From Felis catus (Eukaryota), in assembly GCF_018350175.1 (NCBI RefSeq), contig NC_058369.1, positions 15,500,001 through 15,564,000 on the forward strand: a DNA stretch of 64,000 bases, given 5' to 3'. Below the pieces are notes generated by a model. It saw nothing but the letters and a program-made list of their open reading frames with translations, did not search any database and had not been told where the DNA came from. Shown one piece after another: positions 12,185 to 24,582 of the stretch (positions are counted from its first letter, which is position 1; every line of letters starts with the position of its first letter). Both the position numbers and the translations under genes were made by a program.

Positions 12185-13183
12185 ATTGAACGGTATTTTA
12201 AATGAGACATAATATTGCATCATTTAGAGGTGCTGTTTTATATAATCATTTTTCCTCAGGTTTCCAATTTGGACCTAAGTAAATATTTATCCACATTTCT
12301 GATCCTTTCCTGAAGCGAAGTCCCAGACAGCCACAGTGAGTCAGAGAGAAACATTTTAGAGTTGCCTCCCCCCGGGGGGCAGTTTATCATTTTACATGCT
12401 CATTAAGTAGCTTACAGAAATACGCAGGGACAGCAGTCATAAACGACTGCGGTCATCTGAAAAAATCTTTGTTGATGTTATAAGTGAAAAAACTCTCGTT
12501 TGAATTGCGTTTCTTAGACCACTAGAGCGCTCAGTGCTCTGGCGTGTTTAATAATCTTCCTCTATGATTTTGGAACAGAGGTAACATGCCCTCTATTAAC
12601 ACACAAAAAAGTTAATTCCCAGCTCAGGCTCCTTAGAACTTCCTGGACCCTGTTCCTGGAATCAGAGCTCAGTGTTCTCAGCATTGGACCAGAGGCCTCA
12701 TCTCTGTCTAGGAAGTCGTGTGCTGTTTCCAGATGGCCCACTGCTCTCTTCAGTGGCCGCGTTGGAAGCTGCAGCTTCGGCTCTTTTCCTCTCAGAACCC
12801 AGGGGCAGCAAAACAAGGGAGTCCCGCTCACCGGGCTGGACTTGGACTTTACTTGTGGTCAGACAGTGTGGGCATCGTCTTCCTTCGTGGTGGGCTCTTT
12901 GTGTCCTTGTCGCCTTGGTTGCCAGGGAGGGACTGGAGGCTCTCACCCAGGTGCCTAGTGGGGACAAAGAGTGGAGAGGGGATGCTCTAGTTGGTTATCA
13001 TTTTCCTTTGTAAAACTTTGAATTCTCTAGAATGTTCCCATAGAGGGGAAAGTTATAAGTAAGTAAAATGATTAAAATGAACTTCCGTGGCTGTAAAGGG
13101 GGTTCTGTTAGTGAACCCTGAAATCACTTAGCTGTAAGTGCTCATTCTTATTACCCTAGTTTCGCAGAGTCAGGAAACACTTG

Positions 13184-13208
13184 GGAAGGTTCTAGAACCT
13201 TCTAGAAG
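13184..13208. promoter_or_regulatory. Perfect five-unit heat shock element
   Basis: gGAAg-gTTCt-aGAAc-cTTCt-aGAAg, alternating nGAAn units with no mismatch; function is untested. Confidence 0.7.
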
Positions 13209-13344
13209 TGAGGGTAACTAGCTTGAGGGAAGGACAGGAGAAAAGGTTTGGAGAACCAGAGACTTGCATTGTGGCCTTCTAGCGTATGTCCCATTGTGCG
13301 GTATTTTTAACCTTTGCCAGTCTGACAGACAAAGCATTGTATAT

Positions 13345-13574
13345 TCTTTTTTTCTTTAAAAAAATTTTTTTAACGTTTATTTATTTTTGAGAGAGAGAGA
13401 AACAGAGCATGGGCAGGGGAGGGGCAGAGAGAAAGGGAGACACAGAATCCGAAACCGGCTCCAGATTCTGAGCTGTCCGCACAGAGCCTGATGCAGGGCT
13501 TGAACTCATGGACCAAGAGGTCATGACCTGAGCCGAAGTCAGATGCTCAACCGACTGAGCCACCCAGGGGCCCC
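13345..13574 (-). mobile_element. Can-SINE
   Basis: Full antisense body. Confidence 0.9.
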
Positions 13575-13663
13575 ATGGAGTGAGTTGTTTTGTGTCCGAC
13601 TATGCAGACGTTTTCTCTGGGTTGTCATTTGCCTTTTGGTTTATAGTATTTCACCTAAAGAAG

Positions 13664-13665
<2 letters not shown>

Positions 13666-13705
<40 letters not shown>
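13666..13705. repeat. (GT)20 microsatellite
   Basis: Direct reading. Confidence 0.97.
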
Positions 13706-13708
<3 letters not shown>

Positions 13709-13979
13709 TATACAGTTTCAAAACTACAGTAGGAAATAACTTATATTTACCTACCATCCAGAATGCACGGACATTTCTGTGTTGTCGTCTTGGCTTATTT
13801 CTTATGAAGGAAGTAGGATGTTACAGATGAATTGGAATCATCCTGACTCCCCTTCCTGTATTCCATTTCCCCCTCCCCCAGGGCAGCTGCTGTCAAGAAT
13901 GGAACGTGTGGATCCTTCCGGTTCCAGTTTGTCTTCTGTTATCACACCTATCAATATCATAAAGGGTCCACAGTACTAG

Positions 13980-15420
13980 TTTGTGGGTGCAAATGTGTGT
14001 TCGTGCTTTAACTTGTTTGTATATCATGTTAATGCGTCGTTGAGCAATCTGCCTTATTTGCACAGCGGTGTGTTTAGTTCGATGCATACTGACGTATACA
14101 AATCTAGTTCATTCATTTTGACTGCTGTGTAGTGTTGCATCCATTGACTATAACTTCCACAGTGTATTTTTTTTTTTTAATGTTTACTTATTTTTGAAAG
14201 AGAGGAAGACAGAGCAGGTCATGGGCAGAGAGAGAGGGAGACACAGAATCCGAAGCAGGCTCCAGGCTCCGAGCTGTCAGCACAGACCCTGACATGGGGC
14301 TCGAACCCATGAACCGTGAGATCCCAACCTGAGCCAAAGTCGGACGCTTAACCGACCGAGCCACTCACGTGCCTCTCTTCCTCAATGTGTTTTATCAGTT
14401 TTTCTATACGGGTGGATGGGGACGTGGATGGATGCTGCTGGCTGTCTAGGTTTTCACTGCAGTGCTGTAGTGAACAACTGTACATGTCCCTTGGGACATC
14501 TTCTCAAGGGGCGTCCTTAGGAGTATGTGGCGGGTAATGTGGATTTTCAGCGATATGGGCTCTTCCCAAATTTTTGCCAAAGGGCTCATGCCAATTGGCA
14601 CTCCCACCAGCAGCATGAAAGGCTTTCTGTTGTCCCCACACCTTCATCAAGACTCTGTACTGTCAGGGGGCGCCTGGGTCAGTTAAGAGTCCGACTCTTG
14701 ATCTCCGCTCAGGTCATGATCTTGTGGTTTGTGGGTTCGAACCCTGCATCCGGCTCTGCGCTGACGGTGCAGAGCCTGCTTAGGATTCTCTCTGTCTGTC
14801 TGTCTCTCTCTCTGCCCCTCCCCCACTCGTATGCACGTGTGTGCTCTCTCTCAAAATAAATAAACATTTAAAAAAAAAAAGACTCAGGGGGCGGCGCCTG
14901 GGTGGCTCAGTCAGTTGAGCGTCAGACTTCGGCTCAGGTCATGATCTTGCGGCTCGTGAGATTGAGCCCCGCGTCAGGCTCTGTGCTGACAGCTCGGAGC
15001 CCGGAGCCTGCTTCGGATTCTGTGTCTCCCTCTCTCTCTGCCCCTCCCCTGCTCATGCTCTGTCTCTCTCTCCTTCAAAAATAAATAAACATTAAAAAAA
15101 AAAAAAAAAGACTCAGTACTGTCAGGCTTAGTGATTTTAGCCCATCTGGGAATGAGATAGCATCTCATGGTTTTAATTTGCATATCCTGATTGCTGGTGG
15201 GCTTGAACATCTTTTAAAATAGTTACTGCCTAGAGTTTAACAGATTTTCTCTTCTCTGCACCTTCGTTGCTTCTCCTCCATTCATTTTTTCCTTTGGGTT
15301 GTCTTGGTGGGTTGGTGTTCTTTATGTTTTAGATGCTAGTGCCTTGTTACATGTATTGTAGCCATCTTCTGGCTTCCAGCCGGGCTTTCTTTTTATCTCT
15401 TCAACGAAAGCATTCATTGC
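13980..15420 (-). mobile_element. Degraded L1M fragment interrupted by Can-SINEs at 14167-14375 (minus), 14666-14880 and 14887-15110 (plus)
   Basis: CTAGTTCATTCATTTTGACTGCTG, CACTCCCACCAGCAGCATG, CTCATGGTTTTAATTTGCAT; clear SINE bodies. Confidence 0.7.
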
Positions 15421-15529
15421 CTTCCATTAGACCAGTTGGTAAACCCTCCTCATATGAGGCTCAGTTGAAACTACATTATATCCCCAAGAAGTGCAGCATT
15501 AAAATTCAGAGCATTAAAAAGTTCTTTAA

Positions 15530-15745
15530 AAAAATTTTTTTTTTCAATGTTCATTTGTATTTGAGAGACAGAGACAGGACATAAGCGGGGGAGAGGCAGA
15601 GCGAGGGAGACACAGAATCCGAAGCAGGCTCCAGGCTTTGAGCTGTCAGCACAGAGCCCGACGCGGGGCTCGAACCCACGGACTGTGAGATCATGACTTG
15701 AGCCGAAGTTGGACACTTAACCAACTGAGCCACCCGGGCACCGCG
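15530..15745 (-). mobile_element. Can-SINE
   Basis: Full antisense body. Confidence 0.9.
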
Positions 15746-16470
15746 CGTTTTCTTACGATACTTTTCCTTTTTTACGCTGAGGTCTGGAATCCATATGGAG
15801 GTTTTTTTGCTTTTGTAGTTAAATGCATTTCCTTTTTTGTGACTTTGCCTCTGCACTGATAACTCCCCAAGTCGTCTATAAGCTCCAGCAGGTCGACATC
15901 ACCAGGCTTTTCTCTGTCACCTGGTGCTCTTTGCTTGCTCTGGGAGTCCCAGGTGAGGCACTCAGTAGTTTATCAAGGTCACGTCTCTGTCCCAAGCACT
16001 GTCAGTGTTTGTGACGTTGATGACTTTGCTTTCACGTTGTGGACCCTGGCTCCAAGGGGCGTCATTTCACCAGTGTAGACTTCATTCAGTTTTTGGAACT
16101 TCCACGTGTTTCAATGCCACTGGCCCTGGCAGTATTCTCAGATCTGAGAATGCTGCTTGCTGGGTCACAGCCCCAGGGTCTCCCGTAAAGACGCTCCTGC
16201 TTCACCTTGAACCTGTGACCCTGTATTTTTTCATTAGGGGTCAATGGAATTGATAAAGTATGCTGTTCTTGTCAGCGTCCTAGCTTTACGGAAACTATAA
16301 AGCGACATCCAAGGAGCCCAGGGTGCTTTGTATTTTTCCCACTCCTTTTTTGCCCCATTTGGATCAGGAGGAAACAGGAAAAGTCATTATCCGTCCAACA
16401 ATGTGTATTTTCCGTGGTTGAAAAGATTTGAAAAGATACACAAAAGTAAGGAGAATAAAGTTGAGCTGTT

Positions 16471-16610
16471 GGGGCGCCTGGGCGGCTCCGTCGGTGAAAC
16501 ATCCAACTTCAGCTCCAGTCATGATCTCGTGGTTCGTGAGTTCGAGGCCCGCGTCGGGCTCTCTGCCCCTCCCCTGCTCGCACGTTCTTTCTCTCAAAAA
16601 TATGTAAGCG

Positions 16611-16640
<30 letters not shown>
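16471..16640 (+). mobile_element. Can-SINE with internal deletion and long A tail
   Basis: Head joined directly to CTCTGCCCCTCCCC; A-run 16613-16639. Confidence 0.85.
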
Positions 16641-16641
<1 letters not shown>

Positions 16642-17095
16642 TGACCAATTTACAGGACTTTCCTGATAGGTTGTCACCAATGTCCCCTGGAGAACCCGTC
16701 AAAGATAACGTCCCAAATACCTGCGGGAAACGGCTCCCCAACGGACTATAGGCCGTACCCCCACTGAGTGCACCTCTGTCGTCCTGTCGCCAAATGTCTC
16801 AGTGGTTTCCTTCTCAGCAGAGTGGAAGTGGGGGAAGAGGGTGTGGGATGAGTCCCAAGGCAGTGCTGGGGTCCCCTGCCACACGGCACCCGCCAGGGGC
16901 CTGGTCTCCCGGCCTCAGCCTGCCCATCGCCACGGCCCCGGCCACTGGCAGCTTTCAGCAATCACGGACCGTTATCGACAGTTGACATTTGTTTTGCACG
17001 TTTGTTTCTGCTTAAAAGCATTTCACCTTTGTTCCTCCTTTTTTCACCTCGCATCAACATTTTCTTCTTACGCCGCCTTTGCGTTTTCTCCTCAG

Positions 17096-17163
17096 GCCGG
17101 AAGCTGAGAGGAAAAGCCTTTTATTTTGTCAACGGCAAAGTGTTTTGCGAGGAGGACTTCCTG
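17096..17163 (+). CDS. LIMD1: LIMD1 coding exon (exon 3 by human numbering), second half of LIM1: (S)RKLRGKAFYFVNGKVFCEEDFL
   Basis: Polypyrimidine tract + CTCAG acceptor, GTGAGT donor, 68 nt; peptide matches the Ajuba/LIMD1/WTIP LIM1 end; upstream exons lie outside the window. Confidence 0.96.
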
Positions 17164-18034
17164 GTGAGTTCGGCCCCGGACTTGCCCTGCCCTGAGTCGG
17201 GACCGGAGTCAGGGGGAGACTGTGGGGAGGCCCAGGCCGGGTACAACAGTGTGGTTTCTCTCCGGGGGTTCCCGTGCTGGTGGAGAGCGGGGCGCTGCCG
17301 GAGAAAGGGGGTCCTGACTTTCCTTCTGAGGATGCCCGGGGTGGTGCTTGTCCCCGAAGCAGAGGACAGACCCCAGAGCTTTGTGCTTGGGAGGGACTCG
17401 GGCTCACTTGGCCTGTCCTCCTGTGCTCTACTCATTTTCGCCTCCCCCACCTCTCTCTCTTAAACCTGTGCCCTGGGGTTCGGGCCTGCGTTACCTTGAA
17501 CCCTGTCTGCTCTCTGCGGGCATCCGGCCTCTGTCACGCTTCAGAAGTCCACCCACGGGCCAGGGACTCCCAGACCCGAGCTCCAGCCCTGCCAGCACCT
17601 GCCGGCCAGCTGCTGACACCTCAGTGGCCCGGACGGTCCCCCAGCCTTTCCATATCCACTTGTCTGAAGCAGAAACACCAGGTTGCCTTGGGTCCTCATC
17701 CCTGAGATCTGTGTCCTAGGTTCGTCCTCGGCCCCTCCTCCTTCCCACCTCTCCCACAACGTGGCCAAGCATTGACCCTTGTGCCACCGCGGCCTCCCTG
17801 GGCCCCGCTTAGCTTCCCAAAGCCAGTGTGGCTCAGCCACGCTACCTGTATGTCAAGCCAGCCCGCCCAGGCCCCACGTCTCCAGGGCTCGAAGCCTGTG
17901 CAGAAGCTGTCTGTGGTCCAGAGCCTACCTGGTGTCTCTCCCGTTCCACTGTTTGTAGTTGTGTGTGCCTGTGTGTTTTGGTAAAGTAAGGTAGAGAGTC
18001 TTTACCGAGTTTCTTTGAAACTGAAGGCGTTGGC

Positions 18035-18178
18035 TAACCAGAGCCAGACTTGAATTTGAATCGTATCCTTACCCCTAATAGGCTGTGTGACCTTGTGCAG
18101 GTCGCTTACCCTCTCTGAGCTTCCCTTGTTTCCATCTGAGAAATGGTACGGTACATACCTTGTTTTAAGAATTGTCTT
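18035..18178 (+). mobile_element. MIR
   Basis: GCTGTGTGACCTTGTGCAGGTCGCTTACCCTCTCTGAGC..CATCTGAGAAATGG core. Confidence 0.7.
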
Positions 18179-18180
18179 AA

Positions 18181-18405
18181 GGGGCGCCTGGGTGGCTCAG
18201 CCAGTTAAGTGTTCGACTTCGGCTCAGGTCACGATCTCGCGGCTCGTGAGTTCGAGCCCCGCGTCGGGCCCTGTGCTGACAGCTCGGAGCCGGGAGCCCG
18301 CTTCGGATTCTGTGTCTCCCTCTCTCTGCCCCTCCTCCGCTCACATTCAGTCTCTGTCTCTCTGTCCTTCTCAAAAATAAATAAAACATTAAAAACATAA
18401 AAAAT
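18181..18405 (+). mobile_element. Can-SINE
   Basis: Full body. Confidence 0.92.
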
Positions 18406-18419
18406 GGGTTTAAGGACTA

Positions 18420-18597
18420 GAGTGCTGGTGTCAGGGTGAAGCCTGCGTCAGAGTCCCCTGCAAGGCTTTGTGAACACGCGGATCACCGGGTCCCACCCCA
18501 GAGTTTCCCAGTCAGTAGGTCCGGGATGGAGCCCAAATGTGCATTTCTCACAAGTTCCCAGGTGATTCCGGGGGACCCCTCTTTGAAAACCACTGGC
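18420..18597. mobile_element. MER5A
   Basis: CCCACCCCAGAGTTTC..TGCATTTCTCACAAGTTCCCAGGTGAT..CTTTGAAAACCACTG. Confidence 0.75.
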
Positions 18598-18865
18598 CTA
18601 GAGACAGAGCCTGGCATGTCGTGGGTGCCCAGACGCAGCTGTTGTCAGGGCGAGTGGCATCAGTGTTAGCAATGGCTCTGTGGCATGGGATATTTCGTGA
18701 TTCATCCCACAACCCACATCCCACAACCTGTGTTCTGAGAAATGACAGATTCCGGCCTAGAGGGACACATCTCTCTGTGAAGGTGTCGTCCTCGTGACTG
18801 GCGGGCAAGTGGCCGGGCCATCTGTGCCCTGACGGGCTTACCTTTGCTTTCTTTCTCCTCCGCAG

Positions 18866-18928
18866 TACTCCGGGTTCCAGCAATCTGCCGACAGGTGTTT
18901 CCTTTGTGGACATCTGATCATGGATATG
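18866..18928 (+). CDS. LIMD1: LIMD1 exon 4: YSGFQQSADRCFLCGHLIMDM
   Basis: CGCAG acceptor, GTGAGT donor, 63 nt, phase 0-0; CxxC start of LIM2. Confidence 0.96.
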
Positions 18929-19649
18929 GTGAGTCAGTCGGGTCACCAAGCGAGATTATGGCAGCAGGGGGAGGGGGGAGGCGGTCACAGGAAAGAAGAA
19001 ATCGGTAGTTGAGAACTGTGTTTCCTACCCTTGTTTGTGGTCGCATCTGGTTTTATTAAGAAAAGACCCCGTGTGACACAGGTCCGCTTGTCCTAGGAGA
19101 AACCCCGTTGTTGGCTTTGAGCGGCCTCAGCATCCTTAGCCGTGTAGTCCCCACAATGCTGTGTTTCTGATGATGTTCTCTCCTCTGGGCTGTTGGGATC
19201 ACACCGGCCTCCCTCTCGTTTTCTGTGGTCCTCGTGGTGTCCCGGGTGAGACGCCAGATGCCAGACGTCATCTGCCTCGGAGTTGGGTACAGAAAGTCGG
19301 GTAAACACGATTCTTGGTCCCCCACGTTCTGCCTGGCCCCGTCTGTTCCTAAGATGAGTTTGGGGGACGGGGGCGGCTGTCTTTAGTTCTGAGACAGCAG
19401 AGCAAGAAACAGCTGGCTCTCTGAGCTTGTCTTGGGCCTCGGTGCGTTCATCTCTCCAGCGGGGACGGTTTTTCTTTCCTGGTCTCCTTATTGGGTAAGG
19501 TTGTGAGGTTAACAAACACAGAATACTTAGTCTGTCTGAGGGATCAAATTGTCCAGCACTGGAGATCAGCCCTTAAGAATGTCTTTAACGCACTGGTCGA
19601 AGAAAATCATTGTACGATACTCTTTTTAAAGTTTCTTTGATTTGAAACA

Positions 19650-20562
19650 TTTTTTTTTTTATTTGAGCAAGAGAGAGAGAATCTTAAGCAGGCTCCGTGG
19701 AGCCCGATGCTGGGCTCGATCCCAAGACCCTGGTATCATGATCTGAGCCGGAATCAAGAGTTGAGCCACCCAGGCACCCCTATAATCTTCTTTTAGTTGG
19801 AAAGAATTCAATCCCTCACTAAGCTGACCCATTCATCCCATTCTGGAGAAGGGAATTGCTCATCATTGTTGTTTTTTCCTTTTACCTTTTTGTTGAGAAA
19901 CAGCTCACAGAATAAAGGGTGTATGTTTTAAGCGTACAGGTGAATGAAGTTTTACATGGGCATATACCTGTGTAACCACCACCCAGGTCAAAATACGGAT
20001 GTTTTGGGGCGCCTGGGTGGCGCAGTCGGTTAAGCGTCCGACTTCAGCCAGGTCACGATCTTGCGGTCCGTGAGTTCGAGCCCCGCGTCGGGCTCTGGGC
20101 TGATGGCTCGGAGCCTGGAGCCTGTTTCCGATTCTGTGTCTCCCTCTCTCTCTGGCCCTCCCCCCGTTCATACTCTGTCTCTCTCTGTCCCAAAAATAAA
20201 TAAACGTTGAAAAAAAAAATTAAAAAAAAAATACGGATGTTTCCCACATCCCACACCCCAGAAAGTTCCTTCTTGTCTTCCTCCCAGTCCAGACCCCCTC
20301 CTCCAAAGGTCCCCTCTCTCGCTCCAGATTCATTTTGCTGGTCCTGGAACTTCATATAAATGGAATCATACAGTACCGAGTCCTTTGGGTCTGCCTTTTC
20401 TCCCTTAGAAAATGCTTTTGAGCGTGGAGAGGGGGGCAGGAGCCTGGGTGGCTCAGTCGGTTGAGCATCTGACTCTCGATTTCAGCTCAGGTCGCGATCT
20501 CATGGTTTGTGAGTTTGAGCCCCGCATTGGGCTCTGCACTGACAGTGTGGAGCCTGCTTGGG

Positions 20563-20605
<43 letters not shown>

Positions 20606-20930
20606 CGCGTGCGCGCGCGCTCTCGCTCTCTCTCTGCCCCTCCCTCACTTGTGCACACATACCTGCGCTCTCACTCTCTCACAATAAATAAATACACTTA
20701 AAAAAAAAAAGAAAATGTTTTTGAGGTTCACGCATGTTGTTGCCCGTGTCCGTAGTTCATTTATTTTCATTGCTAGATAGACTCCCATTGTATGGATACA
20801 GCAGTTTGGGGGCCTATTATCCAGCCGATGGGGATTTGGATGGTTTCCAGTTTGAAGGCTATTTATGAATAAAGCTTCTGTGAACACTCTTGGGCGTATT
20901 GTTGGACACAGGCGCCCATTTCTGCCGGCT
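19650..20930. mobile_element. Repeat cluster: Can-SINEs 19650-19780 (minus), 20005-20232 (plus, young, TSD AAAATACGGATGTTT) and 20437-20712 (plus) within an antisense L1M 3' fragment
   Basis: SINE bodies; L1 motifs GAACTTCATATAAATGGAATCATACAGTA and GAATAAAGCTTCTGTGAACA. Confidence 0.8.
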
Positions 20931-21321
20931 CTGTGCTAACATGTATAACACAGAGGTGAACTGAGCCCTCCCTGTTCACGAGGAGAAGCCTACCGTTGTC
21001 CCGGGTCTGACACACGACAGTGGAGCTCAGCCCCTATGAGAGCTGGGTCCTCGTTAGTAGCCAAGACCTCCCTGGGGAGCATGGCTCTCCACCCACTTCC
21101 CCAGGGGAGGCAGGCGGGAGCCCACACCCTCACTCCTACCTTCCACGGATGCCAGCCAGTCTCCATAGGGATCTATTTCGTTAGGAGAATTTGTCCTTGA
21201 TTTTCGAGTCCTTCTAACAAACCCTCCACATACGAGGTCAACAGTGTCCAAAGTTATGAATGCGATTATACCCTATTCTTACTTCTGGGTATCCTAAGCC
21301 TTCTTTGGGCCTCAGAGCACC

Positions 21322-22430
21322 TCATTTACCTATTGCTGCATAGTAAACCACCCCATGATGCGGTGGTTTCAAACAACAGTCATTTGGGGCGCCTGGGTGG
21401 CTCAGTTGGTTAAGTGTTGACTTCAGCTCAGGTCATGATCTCATGGTTTATGGGTTTGAGCCCCGCAGGGGGCTCTGTGCTGACAGCTCAGAGCCTGGAG
21501 CCTGCTTCGGATTCTGTGTCTCCCTCTCTCTCTGCCTCTCCCCCGCTCCCACGCACGCTCTCTCTCAAAAATAAACATTAAAAAATTTTTTTAAACTCCA
21601 GTGATTTATTTATCGTGATTCACGGAATTAAGTCAGGGCTCAGCGGGATGATTCTTCTGCTCCGTGTGGCGTCGGCTGGGGTCACTCACTCAGCTGCGTT
21701 CAGCTGGTGTCACAGTTGAGTGCCATAGATGGCCTCTCCCCTCCAGGCCTTTCTCTCCGAGGCTGCTGACCTCATTCAGTAGTCTAGCCTGGACAACTTC
21801 CCTTCTAGAGGAAGGGAAGCTGTCAGACTTCTTAAGTCCTCAGCTCAGAAATTTCTGAACATCATTTCTTCCTCATTCTGTTAATCAAAGAACATCACAA
21901 GGCCAGTCTCAATTCACGAGATGGGAAGATCTCCTCCACTTTTTTTTCTTTTTAAGTTTATTTATTTATTTCAAGAGAAGGGGAGGGGCAGAGAGAGAGG
22001 AGAGAGAGAGAATCCCAAGCAGGCCGTCAGCACAGACAATGTGGGAGCTTGAACCCACGAACCTCGAGATCATGACCTGAGCAGAAACCAAGAGTCAGAC
22101 ACTTCACCGACTGAGCCTCCCAGGTACCCCTCTTCAAAAATTTTTTAACATTTATTTTATTTTTGAGAGAGAGACAGAGCGTGAGCAGGGGAGGGGCAGA
22201 GAGAGAGAAAGAGAGACAGAATCTGAAATAGGTTCCAGGCTCCAAGCTGTCAGCACAGAGCCTGACGTGGGGCTCAAAGTCGGGAACGGTGAGATCATGG
22301 CCTGAGTTGAAGTCGGATGCCTCACCGACTGAGCCACCCAGGCGCCTCTCTCCTCTTCCACTTCTTGAAGTGAGGGCCAGCCTTGCATACAGGAAGGGAA
22401 AGAACGAAGCTTTGGAACCATCTCTACCCC
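21322..22430 (-). mobile_element. MaLR LTR (MLT1H/I-like) interrupted by Can-SINEs 21385-21590 (plus), 21940-22130 and 22136-22347 (minus)
   Basis: TATTGCTGCATAGTAAACCACCCC..CAGGGCTCAGCGGGATGATTCTTCTGCTCC..TCACAAGGCCAG. Confidence 0.65.
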
Positions 22431-22543
22431 ACGAGGATAATGCGAAGTTGGACCTGGGCCCTTGCCGGTCTTCTCTAGGACTTGGAAACTTTTGGCAAAT
22501 GCCTGCCCGGTAGTGACCCCCTCTTTTAAAACCAGAACCCTTC

Positions 22544-22760
22544 AGGCGTGCCTGGGTGGCTCAGTCAGTTGAGCGTCCGACTTCGGCTCAGGTCACGATC
22601 TCGCAGTTCGTGACTTCGAGCCCTGCATCGGGCTCTGTGCTGATGGCTCAGAGCCTGGAGCCTGCTTCTGATTCGGTGTCTCCCTCCCTCTCTGCCCCTC
22701 CCTGCTCATGCTCTGTCTCTCTCTCTCTCAAAAATATATAAACAGTTAAAAAAAATTAAA
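22544..22760 (+). mobile_element. Can-SINE with TSD AAACCAGAACCCTTCA
   Basis: Full body and flanking direct repeat. Confidence 0.92.
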
Positions 22761-23587
22761 CCAGAACCCTTCACTGTTGCCAAGAGTTTTTACAATGCAG
22801 AGAAAGATCCCTTCAAAACCATTCTTGGTTCTCCAGGAGAACCAATGAGTTGTCCAATTCTTTGTATAAACCATCTGTGTCCCTCACCTGCCCCCTTAGT
22901 AGAGTGGAATACTCCTAGCCTGCAGGCTGAAACTGGGCATTTTCCCACAGTAAAACGAAAGATCACAGTGAGTCAGAGTGCACTTTAGGCACGTTGTGGG
23001 TTAAGTTAATTTCAGGGTCCCTTCTGCCAAGACAGCATTAGCCTGGGAGCAGAATGCATTCCAAGGTCCGGATTGCCAAGTGGACTTTGGAAGCCCGGCT
23101 GGTGGTTCTTCCCACTTTGGCAGCTTCCTGCAGATTGAAAGGGGCCCCGAAGGTTAGTGCCACACCGGAGGGAATGAGGAAGCTGGAAAGCTGAGCCTTC
23201 AGAGCACACGAAGCCCCCGGCTCGCCCCCTTGGCTGCGGCGTGCGAGGTGTGGCGTTGGCCTTGGTGGGGGAAACATTGGGCTCTGGAGCACACCTTTCC
23301 TGCAGGTGTCACATGCACCAACAAGGTTTTCCTCAGTCGTAAGCCCCCTTCCTGCTGCCTAGTTGAAAGCATTCTGTGTGGCCCGCCTCCGGGGCGCTGC
23401 TAACTGTCCGTGCGTTCCTCGCACCCGGGCATTTTAGCGACATCCTTGCGGGTGTTGACCCCGTAGTTCAGCTGTTCGTGCTACGTTTCGTGGCACGGGT
23501 GGTCACAGAAGTGAATCTCCTATTGAGTCGGTGAAAATGCTTTCAGCGGCAAATTATAGAAAAACCCAGACTTGTTGGAACGCAGAC

Positions 23588-23768
23588 CAGTGGCTCTCAG
23601 ACTTTCGCACGCATTGGAATCATGGTACGAAAACACTACGTGTCAGGGTTTACCCTAGAACTTCTGATTCTGGAGAGCCGGGCTGGGGCCTGGGAATGGA
23701 CATTTTTTAACACGTTCCCGGAGGGTGTGGCTACTGCGGGTCCAGGGACCGCGCTGTGAGATGCGCTG
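23588..23768. mobile_element. MER5A
   Basis: CAGTGGCTCTCAGACTT..TTCTGATTC..GGTCCAGGGACC. Confidence 0.65.
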
Positions 23769-24451
23769 ACTTGATAGGAAAGCTGTATTACGTCACCCAG
23801 CAACGGGCTTGGAGGCAGGCAGTTCCGCCGGGAGGTAATTTGCTCACCGGCTGACCTCACCAAGGGTGTTCTTCACATCTCTTCTCTCTCCTACCTTCTC
23901 TCGGCTCTGTCCTGGTTCCAGGACTGCCTCTTACCTCTCCAGGCATCACAACCAGATCAAATGGCACTAAGGCTTGTGGAGCCTTCTCTCCGTGTCGGGT
24001 TTAAAAACAACAGCAACCCAAGAGGCTTTGCTCAGGCTTGGATTTGAAGTAATCCGTGGTCGAGTCACAGTTCGTGGATTATCCCGCTGTGGAGTGAAAG
24101 CCGCTTAGAAGGGGCACCTGGGAGGCAGACGCGAAGGGGCTTGGGATGGAGACCTCCGTGGCCCTGCTTTGCATCCTTTCCTGCAGAGAACCCCCTGAAT
24201 TCTCCCCTGGAGGGTTACGCACAGGAGAAGGATCCTGTCTGACTTCCTCCTGTGGATGCACTTACCTAGATTTGCCTTCCCCGCCCTGCCATCTCTTGAC
24301 CTTGATCCAAGTGACTCTGGGATGGGCGTGTGCCGTGCAGCGTGATTGCGCCTGCGGTCCCTCGGCCCGACGCGTTCCTCTCCTTCCCGCCGTGCACGCC
24401 TTCTCCAAAATCCCCGCCGAGCCCTGGCCTCTCTCGCCTTCTGCCCCCCAG

Positions 24452-24582
24452 ATCCTGCAGGCCCTCGGGAAGTCCTACCACCCCGGCTGCTTCCGCTGCG
24501 TCATCTGCAACGAGTGCCTGGACGGGGTGCCCTTCACCGTGGACTCCGAGAACAAGATCTACTGTGTCCGAGATTACCACAA
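24452..24582 (+). CDS. LIMD1: LIMD1 exon 5: [43 protein letters not shown](K)
   Basis: CCCAG acceptor, GTGAGG donor, 131 nt; HxxCxxCxxC and CxxD zinc ligands of LIM2. Confidence 0.97.

Noticed and set aside
9393-12661. Isolated STAT-type TTCCNGGAA motifs (9393, 12653) and an NF-kB-like GGAATTCCC
   Set aside because: Short motifs expected by chance in 64 kb, with no supporting context
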